Source of the DNA: Bacteroidetes/Chlorobi group bacterium MS-B_bin-24
GTDB taxonomy: Bacteria > Bacteroidota > Ignavibacteria > Kapaibacteriales > UBA2268
Reading direction: 5' to 3'
DNA: 64,000 nucleotides
Assembly: GCA_003731685.1 (NCBI GenBank)
Contig: RCNO01000003.1
Location: 6,780 to 70,779 of the forward strand
Shown: positions 58,701 through 64,000 of the stretch, piece by piece
How positions within the stretch are numbered: position 1 is the stretch's first letter
Layout: every line of letters begins with the position of its first letter
Position numbers and translations under genes: made by a program
The notes under the pieces: model-generated
Databases searched by the model: none
What the model was told of the DNA's origin: nothing
What the model saw: the letters and a program-made list of their open reading frames with translations, nothing else

Positions 58701-60744
58701 TGCTGAAACTCTCGACCCACGAGGTTGGGACTTCCGCTATGGTAAGACCGCTTATGGATTTATGAATATAGCTATTCGAAATCGTGATTGGTGGAACAAT
58801 CCTGGCGATACTGCTGTGATTGACACCACGATTTACGACCAAAATATGGATGGAATAAAGAACGAAGCGGTTATTGTTCAAACCCGACCTGTGTGGATGG
58901 GCAACCAATATTTGATGAAGTATGGTAGCGACACTGATACAGACCCATTTGGTGTCGACCTTACAACCCATGGTCAAATTAATATCCGAATCGACTCTGC
59001 AACAGCTTGGAACTTGCTGAAACCATCACAAGCTGTTCAATACCATAATGCATTGAATACTGATACCGTATTCACCATTGTGGTAAATGATGGTCACGGC
59101 GGTGTTAATTTTATGACGATGCCTGTGTTTATCAATGTGGCACCAATTATTACAACTGAAACTTTACCACCTGCCAAGGAAGATATTGACTATAATCCAG
59201 AGCTTATTGACTCTTCGAAGGCTATAAAGGTGTATGACCCGAACTTTGGTCAAGCCCACGAATTCGAACTTATTTATCCTGACTATCCGCAAGACCAGAT
59301 ACCACGAGACCCATGCTTCCCAGAAGCTGGTGTTTGGGACCTTACGAATCTGAAGACCACCCCACGATGGCTCAAGATTAATACAACCAGTGGTTTGCTG
59401 TATGGTAAGCCGGGATTGAACGATGCACCAAAGACCGAACAGGTTGTAGTTGCAGTTTGGGACATCGTGAATGGGCAACGACAACTTTCGGCAATCAAAG
59501 TATTGTCGCTCTTTGTCGATTCGACCAATCACAAGCCAAGAATTACGAATGCACCAAAGGTTGTTTGCGTTGACGATGGCAAACCATATAGCGATACACT
59601 ACTTGTTTGGGATTACGACTTGAAGCGTGTACCAGCAACCGAAGAACTTACGCTACGAGTTATTCGACCTGCTGGATTCACTATTGAGCCATCAGTTATT
59701 AGAGGTACACTTGCCAAAGATACTGTTAAGGTTTTGATTAAGTCTAATGCATTCCCAGGCGGTCAAAGAGATGCTGATGGCAAGGTGACAATATTTGTTG
59801 AAGTTACTGATGCAAGTGGTGCAAAAGATACATTGATTTATCGTGTTGAAGTGTCTGATGCAACTGATTTCATCTGCACATTGAAGATTGAAAATACCTT
59901 CCCGGGCAACATACCTGGCGATGGTAAAAGCGCTTGGCAGGAATTGAAGTTTGGTACAGCTCCAAGAAATGCAACGACAGGCGAAGGTCTTGACGGAGAG
60001 CCTATTGGTACACTCGACGCTAACTTCTGCGAATACGAATTACCATCAATTCCGCCAATCGATGTGTTTGATGCTCGATGGACAATTTCGCTTACGAATG
60101 GAACATTGCGTAACATATTCCCACGAGCCCAGAACAAACCCGATGTACGCGTTTACAAGGGTCGATTCCAAGCTGGTGGCGTTGTTGGAAACACCTCGCT
60201 CTTCTATCCTGTTGTGATTCGATGGGCTAAGGATGAAATTCCCGATAAGAACGATGCACAAAGGAATCCAACTGGCGGTCAGTGGTTCATCCGCGATGAT
60301 AAATCTAATGGTAATGTCTTCAATTACAATATGAAGACTGGCGAAGGGTATCCACAGGAAGGCGATATTAAGTTGATTGACGAAGGTCAGTACTGGAAAC
60401 TCCAAATTGGCCGCGATAATGTTACAGGATTCCTCATCGTCCACGACTGGGTAAGCAAGGTTGAGCCAACAGAAGCTCCTGTGTTCGGAATCTCCGCTGT
60501 AAGTCCAAATCCAGTATCGAGCAGCGCAACAATTACATTCGGATTGTCTGAGGAAGGACAAATTAAGATTGAATTGGTCGATGCTCTTGGTAATGTTGTT
60601 GGTACAATCGTAAATGGATACTATGGAGCTGGACAATACAGGGAAGTCTGGAATGTTTCGAATGAAATCGCTAGCGGAGTTTACTTCTTGAGATTGACGA
60701 GCGGAACGAAGACATACAATTATCCAGTAAACATTATTAGGTAA
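52702..60744 (+). CDS. Giant (2680-aa) secreted multidomain surface protein with T9SS C-terminal sorting domain
   Basis: Domains read along the protein: signal peptide (LLGIITFNTYAQ); about 10 Pmp-like GGA(I/L) beta-helix repeats (nt about 53570-54975); seven Asp-box/BNR units (T-x-D-x-G-x-(T/N)-W, nt about 55300-56075); a putative Ig/cadherin-like segment (nt about 59150-59520); and a CTD ...ASGVYFLRLTSGTKTYNYPVNIIR. Confidence 0.9.
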   Translation: MQRLLRLSLFLVLLGIITFNTYAQPQVYVSGRVAPGDIRVFFKDTVYIINRDFVIGGTLIIEPGTTVRFYPNGRLIDSVGGRIIADGFASATYTANPGGLNPTAIPGSQNNPNGWDGYSDVNYFLFNGVVNVGTTRDQTIHPNKYDYMFGVVFNKNLRSFSNYPEIPVTLTPNQVLLPFEYAIMFYAARLNNDPTNDLNLWMLPWTRYGGRSVNVVPAKIRFIGQPENNFSREWGHIVVLPGARAAFFRNCSFEGFRKDITVGNKPFYGTNLGATWTQLNETLAKLTNGTGGAITSLSSRLWLLNCEFRNNMARHRGGALALLQAPDGYPVDPIVNTLPNYPADKNPNYVEKDGSISKILSNYPIKAYDLIDEESDEPLTGYLRQALEDARLALLLGRIRNVKFENNYVQLANVRTRLIGNPPIPVVTDATDEPAAYPQQYGNVAFGGAIYIAGRDDQYGQDTRIEVGLGVNNSIKTNSRGLVTFSDDTFEAIGNVASNYQNNGNTFGARGGAIYVGANTSLIVAGKFISNETYVKYLQDSITGTNSGYFSRGGAIYCENTFGRLQVKGGPKRQNVNETEFTNNRSGSGGAIFVDGNTYPEMSPVIGGSDATPITRDYGFNIRFTGNTATAFGGAIYTSRNMSVVGAGGVVGTSIIGYGGFYPVVFENNKAGFGGGAIEIHIPQGSLLIPPQQKAVELRRVQFINNTVGEGVAEINKPYIRGGGAMYTINADLNVVKGVQFIGNKVYNGNGGALAMVNPETNTKRYFVTDVDQVTVDPVTLLAVDFTSTNDVFTYKSSAYPPDTRMLTQFLDNEVLVEDNILASQSGSGTTQIEAGTEQTVADLYDVAFYDATSGFAVGQNGTIIKITQGGDKWQYTNYSQPYRLMSIVFKGNNGFIAGDRGVILKTEDNGSTWREVHPAIYSYVLNDIFFPTATVGYAVGSNGMMLKTTDAGETWTQIGDGVTNHTLWSVYFVSATRGYVVGERGTILVTTDGGATWDVRFANTYATLKDVYFTDINTGYVVGHWGVILKTTDAGATWAKIYENPQYSFNKVVFTSLTTGYVFGEYGVAWKTEDAGANWTPLDIGSPYSVYGAIFPTNQWGFISGDYGLLKRTLDGGATWSDIKPADARYVDVRRKNWDTDLPENGVGLGGAIYILDVVDDNRANRVDTIFFNRVRIQNNKAYTGAAVYSDNYNLRLVFNRSLITGNEAYSRIGYEQNVISGPVRRDNNRNIVGNAASSDLAGAILYGEVVGPLPSTLAPEAANSIYNNKARFLIRLPDAPNTKGVLAGSKVGFGGTDTLRGNYWGRTEANVVLSVVYQKKIIAINGNDTIYAEPAQMETFFVDSDFNPKNETYLKFMFPATADPREQGPFESTHKFTYRPIPLDNGTDENTPGQYSLPEKLLMSGLVYDLYDKGTDIKVADYSNRRMVPIEDFAVGIPPVLRLFNDPSMPSYGKYVKRWTRDPFVAEAKDENGNLKYPFIAAMQDEFRPDENGEYYHPIGYPLFLEAQVNYEGLAERSNHDPRLLNETVFFVINETTGDYIRVPLQQVGENAPYREVFRARVELVPDSTNRNPNTTIRRTEEGLYNLGAGDYLLRQLRWNPEKEDRGALPGRRYHAGTTAFGKVPNLFSNRPSMPPSNQGNQTFYAGERYRALPVDTGDVVRIVSRTVLWKEGVDLAYYHGISFKIVGSTEPPVFTGNIVHLQNDTIVKIVPSEFPSRQGKTDTLKLVEFLNTIFLTEDREYPQYPGTYSGLRPEEGQGRDSILAVTAMDTNKYFDPRSFLFPNSYARLTYHWSVEPTSGLSRWLLVDTIPAGDQTVINPKDNALGYLVFRGKPINPYVVPGGEWVYVRAENYPPAFRVIDSLKAAGVSQDTIDKFIYTFAPYLSAYKYDVQNARYLQQDTILNGGQYYTDYAFRIFVIDSVPRFMDWVETPEEADNRAETIYKRIDRAGTNVVPYVVYKPSVYTCGMTEDNKLKANLTNKLRFQVDFNTDDELEDLAAETLDPRGWDFRYGKTAYGFMNIAIRNRDWWNNPGDTAVIDTTIYDQNMDGIKNEAVIVQTRPVWMGNQYLMKYGSDTDTDPFGVDLTTHGQINIRIDSATAWNLLKPSQAVQYHNALNTDTVFTIVVNDGHGGVNFMTMPVFINVAPIITTETLPPAKEDIDYNPELIDSSKAIKVYDPNFGQAHEFELIYPDYPQDQIPRDPCFPEAGVWDLTNLKTTPRWLKINTTSGLLYGKPGLNDAPKTEQVVVAVWDIVNGQRQLSAIKVLSLFVDSTNHKPRITNAPKVVCVDDGKPYSDTLLVWDYDLKRVPATEELTLRVIRPAGFTIEPSVIRGTLAKDTVKVLIKSNAFPGGQRDADGKVTIFVEVTDASGAKDTLIYRVEVSDATDFICTLKIENTFPGNIPGDGKSAWQELKFGTAPRNATTGEGLDGEPIGTLDANFCEYELPSIPPIDVFDARWTISLTNGTLRNIFPRAQNKPDVRVYKGRFQAGGVVGNTSLFYPVVIRWAKDEIPDKNDAQRNPTGGQWFIRDDKSNGNVFNYNMKTGEGYPQEGDIKLIDEGQYWKLQIGRDNVTGFLIVHDWVSKVEPTEAPVFGISAVSPNPVSSSATITFGLSEEGQIKIELVDALGNVVGTIVNGYYGAGQYREVWNVSNEIASGVYFLRLTSGTKTYNYPVNIIR

Positions 60745-60753
60745 AACAGAATA

Positions 60754-60779
60754 GGCTTGCCCCTTAATTGGGGCAAGCC
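60754..60779 (+). terminator. Strong hairpin after the giant gene (no clear U-tract)
   Basis: Perfect 10-bp stem GGCTTGCCCC (60754-60763) / GGGGCAAGCC (60770-60779) with a 6-nt loop. It is followed by GGAGTTTAAT. Confidence 0.5.
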
Positions 60780-60833
60780 GGAGTTTAATATGGAAGGAAA
60801 TTATGTATTTAGAAATAAAAAAGGAGATGTGAA

Positions 60834-62690
60834 ATGAAAAAAATCTTCGGACTAACTGTAGGGATAGCAACAGCAATAGTATTAATGTTATCCTTGCAGA
60901 TAACAGCAAAAGCGCAAGTTTACGGGGATTTCGATACCGTTCGTCAAATTCGAAATGTCCCGTATGAGCCTTTGGAAGATGGAATTGAAATTCCAGCTGG
61001 AGCATTTGGCCTGCCACCAACGTGGTCACAAGACCTCGACGATGGATACTCGTTCCCAAATGGAATACCAATTGGTTTTCCATTTGAGTTCGGTGGGGAA
61101 GTTTACACACGCCTTTGGGTATGTATCAATGGGTTTGTAACATTCTCCCAACCCCCTTATACTCCTGCAAAGGACCCAACAGCTTTGTTCTACGATAATA
61201 CTTCTTATCCCAAGAATGTGTTGGCGCCTTTTTGGGGAGACCATTACTATCATTTAGATCAAGAAAGATCTAATGGCTACAAACCGACGAAAATCTACTA
61301 CAAATCTGACCCTGACCGGGGAGTATTTATCGTAGAGTGGCGATATTTGAATATTAACGATGTTAATGTTCGATCCAGTATTGCCACATTTCAGCTTCGC
61401 CTTTATAAGTCCCAAGACCCGTATTCTGCTCAGGGCGATATCGAATTTGCTTATGGGCAGGTTGGTGGGAATGAGTATACCAACGATACTCGTGTTATTA
61501 CTCGAAATGCTTCGGTAGGAATCAAGGGGGAATTTTCTCCTGCCGACTTTTTGAATGGTCTCGAATTTGAGAAAGACCCCTACATTGCCCGTACAAGTAT
61601 GAAATTGACTAACGAATGGGCACCCTCGGGCGGAACAGACCATAGAATCCGATTCCGTTCAATGGCTCGATTCAATGTCGAAGAATTCTGGGGCGATGGT
61701 GATGTTGACCTTTCGAAAGGATATAATCGCAAGCACTATAATATGCCTCAAAGCCGATATGTTACAGTCAATGATGCTCGCATTATAATGAAGAGTATGG
61801 CAACGGGCATTCCGTTAGATAGCGTACGCAGACGAGCTGCTTACCACGGTGATGTAAATCATAATGGTAGGTACTATTATAATCAGTCAGGTCAGAAAGT
61901 TGAAATTAAGTGGCGGAATAAAAACTACGCCGACAGTTTGCCCGCAGATGTTGGCTCCATCAAGCAAATATTCTATCAGGTTAATGAATACGATGCTGCA
62001 TTGATTTTGCATTACATTGCAGCTCGACTCCCTGAATTGCCTTGGCTGTACGATACAATTCCACTTTATGGCAAAATTTCGGCGACTGAACTTGCTAATA
62101 ATGTCTATTTTGGTTCATCTGAAGAATACAATGGGAAGATTCGTATGCCTGTTTATTTGAATGGTGAGTTGAAAGGACCTCTTTCGCTCTTTGTTCAAAT
62201 GGACGAACCATTCAAAATCGAAGCAAACAATCCAGATTTACTTGTTGAAAATGGAGACAATCGAGCTGTGTTAGTTGGCTCTGGCGTCTTCTCTCCCGAC
62301 GCACCTATTGCTTACCTTGTATTCGAAAATAAGCCCGTAGTTATTAAAAAACTTAATGTTCGATTTAATGAGCAAGAAGTTAACCCAAGATTCTTGATGA
62401 AAGTAAATCCATCAGAAGAATCCAATGGGCTTAGCATTTTGGAAAATGGTACATCGAATCCACAAATTTGGCTGAATTTAGAGAATGCTGGTACATATAA
62501 AGTTAGCATTGTTGACCTTGCTGGCAACATTGTTAAGGCATTTGATTTCACAGTTACAACTCCAAGTCGGTTTGCTGTTGATTGGAACTTATCCGATGTG
62601 AATGGCAATGCTTTGAACACAGGAGTTTATTTCGTTCGACTTTCTGGTAATGGCACGAATATCATCGAAAAGCTGGTACTTGTTAGGTAA
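60834..62690 (+). CDS. Secreted protein with dockerin-like Ca-loop repeats and T9SS C-terminal sorting domain
   Basis: 618 aa with a signal peptide (LSLQITAKAQ), then GDGDVDLS...VTVNDARIIMKSM and GDVNHNGR...VNEYDAALILHYIA. The CTD reads ...NTGVYFVRLSGNGTNIIEKLVLVR. Confidence 0.75.
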   Translation: MKKIFGLTVGIATAIVLMLSLQITAKAQVYGDFDTVRQIRNVPYEPLEDGIEIPAGAFGLPPTWSQDLDDGYSFPNGIPIGFPFEFGGEVYTRLWVCINGFVTFSQPPYTPAKDPTALFYDNTSYPKNVLAPFWGDHYYHLDQERSNGYKPTKIYYKSDPDRGVFIVEWRYLNINDVNVRSSIATFQLRLYKSQDPYSAQGDIEFAYGQVGGNEYTNDTRVITRNASVGIKGEFSPADFLNGLEFEKDPYIARTSMKLTNEWAPSGGTDHRIRFRSMARFNVEEFWGDGDVDLSKGYNRKHYNMPQSRYVTVNDARIIMKSMATGIPLDSVRRRAAYHGDVNHNGRYYYNQSGQKVEIKWRNKNYADSLPADVGSIKQIFYQVNEYDAALILHYIAARLPELPWLYDTIPLYGKISATELANNVYFGSSEEYNGKIRMPVYLNGELKGPLSLFVQMDEPFKIEANNPDLLVENGDNRAVLVGSGVFSPDAPIAYLVFENKPVVIKKLNVRFNEQEVNPRFLMKVNPSEESNGLSILENGTSNPQIWLNLENAGTYKVSIVDLAGNIVKAFDFTVTTPSRFAVDWNLSDVNGNALNTGVYFVRLSGNGTNIIEKLVLVR

Positions 62691-62697
62691 CTTTGTG

Positions 62698-63795
62698 ATG
62701 CTTGTCTGGCTGGCAGTTTTTGCCAGCCAGACAGGACTTTCACAAAGGAGAGCGAATTGCGAATTAAGTGTTTATGGCTCTTTGAAAATTGATGTGTGCG
62801 GGAATGAAAAGAGTAAACAATTCATTCTCTTAATGAGTATTGGAGAAGTTAAAAGGGCTGATTCTCTTTATGGCTTCAATTACGAAATCCAGTTCAATAA
62901 CAAGAAAGTAAAGTTTACTGATGCTTTATATTTAAATACACTAAGCGAATTTATGGATGCTAAAACAGCAAATATTAATAATACGCAGGGCAAAATTTCT
63001 GGATATGCAGTTACTTTTGGGTTAGAACCAATCTATGCAAATAAACCATTGATAGCTTTTAATGGCTTATGGATTAGTGATTGCCCTGATACCGCACAAT
63101 TTGTAATCAATTATATTGAATTTACCGATGAATTTAAAGTAAGCATCGATACATTGAAACCAGCGTTTTTGATAGGAGTGGTTGATTCCACCAAAGATAG
63201 AATTTTTAAATTTACTGTTAGTCCTGATTCAGTTTGGATAGGAGAGAACACATTTGAGTTTGACGCTTCTGTTCAAGTTCCTTTGAACTCAAGATTAAGT
63301 TATTTTGACATTGATACGAAATATGACCCAAACTTGATTATGCTTGATTCTGTTGCAGTAATTGATTCGAACATTGAATATTTGATTTCTGATTATAACG
63401 AAAATGGAACGACATTTAAATTTAGTGTAAAATCTGATGACGGCAAAGTTTGTAATCTTAAGTTTTTTGGGAAAAGCAAAAACAACCTTGATTTTTCAAC
63501 TGAGATATTATTTAATCCTGTTTTTGAAAGAGAATGTAAATGCGTGGTCAGTTCAACGAGTGATTCATTGATTGTTTCGAGAAAAATGGCAAGTCATGTT
63601 AATGATAAAGAAAATAATATAAATGATATAGATTTTGGAACCAGTATTTTGATTTATGATGTGATGGGAAATTTAATTTACAAAGGCGAAAAAATACCAG
63701 ACAATTTGAGTTCTTTGTCAAATGGTGTTTATTTTGTTGTTGAATATAGTGGTATGAAAAAAATGTTAAAGAAATTGATAAATGTTAATTATTAA
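62698..63795 (+). CDS. Secreted protein with cohesin-like segment and T9SS C-terminal sorting domain
   Basis: I chose ATG 62698 (or GTG 62695) just after the upstream stop. The tracked start at 62650 overlaps the previous gene. The signal reads MLVWLAVFASQTGLSQ. The segment YGFNYEIQFNNKKVKFTDALYL...GKISGYAVTFG fits a cohesin-like pattern. The CTD reads ...SNGVYFVVEYSGMKKMLKKLINVNY. Confidence 0.65.
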   Translation: MLVWLAVFASQTGLSQRRANCELSVYGSLKIDVCGNEKSKQFILLMSIGEVKRADSLYGFNYEIQFNNKKVKFTDALYLNTLSEFMDAKTANINNTQGKISGYAVTFGLEPIYANKPLIAFNGLWISDCPDTAQFVINYIEFTDEFKVSIDTLKPAFLIGVVDSTKDRIFKFTVSPDSVWIGENTFEFDASVQVPLNSRLSYFDIDTKYDPNLIMLDSVAVIDSNIEYLISDYNENGTTFKFSVKSDDGKVCNLKFFGKSKNNLDFSTEILFNPVFERECKCVVSSTSDSLIVSRKMASHVNDKENNINDIDFGTSILIYDVMGNLIYKGEKIPDNLSSLSNGVYFVVEYSGMKKMLKKLINVNY

Positions 63796-63817
63796 TTATT
63801 CACAAATTGGAGGTTCT

Positions 63818-64000
63818 ATGAATAACCAATCGATTTACAAAGGGATTTCGAAGCTTTTGTTAGGGTTACTATTAACCCTAAGCGTTACTGTTCTTATTCC
63901 TTTAAACAAAGTGCAAGCGCAAGAAGAGAATCGGCCTATGATTCCCCGCTTATCATTAATGGGCGCCGATAATGACTGGGATGCTACGTGGTATCCTGAT
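63818..64000 (+). CDS. Hypothetical secreted protein, 3' end beyond window
   Basis: ATG 63818 lies 5 nt after GGAGG. My translation is MNNQSIYKGISKLLLGLLLTLSVTVLIPLNKVQAQEENRPMIPRLSLMGADNDWDATWYPD, with a signal peptide and an open frame to the window end. It is not in the ORF track. Confidence 0.55.
   Translation, partial: MNNQSIYKGISKLLLGLLLTLSVTVLIPLNKVQAQEENRPMIPRLSLMGADNDWDATWYPD

Noticed and set aside
60046-61110. 354-aa minus-strand ORF spanning the end of the giant gene, the intergenic hairpin and the start of the next gene
   Set aside because: It would have to run through a strong terminator hairpin and two well-supported plus-strand genes that have signal peptides and T9SS domains. 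It has no recognisable features.

Overview
This 64-kb window looks like bacterial chromosome from an FCB-group organism (Ignavibacteria/Bacteroidota-like). That placement is an inference from many T9SS-type C-terminal sorting domains, FFGC/YFGC lipoboxes, a Cys-free L36, a Sec-type clade II nosZ and a TTTG/TAnnTTTG-type promoter. I saw no rRNA, CRISPR array, transposase or integrase.

Layout:
- 1-31.2 kb: almost entirely the translation/transcription core. It runs rplA(partial)-rplJ-rplL-rpoB-rpoC, an extra EF-G paralogue, rpsL-rpsG-fusA(like)-tuf, then the S10/spc/alpha operons through rpoA-rplQ. rpsD and adk are absent, and rpmJ is missing from the ORF track.
- 31.3-40.8 kb: a clade II nitrous-oxide reductase (nos) cluster, lipoprotein cytochrome c, nosZ, nosB-like, nosL, nosD, nosF ... 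nosY. A three-gene insert (DoxX-like, small Cys/His membrane protein, TonB-dependent receptor) separates nosF from nosY.
- 40.9-52.6 kb: rlmN, a two-gene ABC-type ATPase plus Toprim-like module, envelope genes (kdsB, GT9 heptosyltransferase, L,D-transpeptidase), tRNA-Leu(GAG), tatC and TPR proteins.
- 52.7-64 kb: a run of T9SS cargo genes led by a 2680-aa protein.

Most notable observations:
- The EF-G copy in the canonical fusA slot has degenerate domain IV tip loops, while the extra upstream copy looks like the intact translocase.
- The nos cluster carries three lesions: a 1-nt frameshift in the cytochrome c, a CuZ His-to-Pro change and a CuA Cys-to-Ser change in NosZ.
- The receptor embedded in the nos cluster has OprC/NosA-like CxxxM and HxM motifs.
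- The visibly AT-rich ATPase + Toprim pair resembles split-OLD / AbiL / PARIS-type defence modules.

All calls rest on reading the sequence and remembered family signatures. No database search was run.
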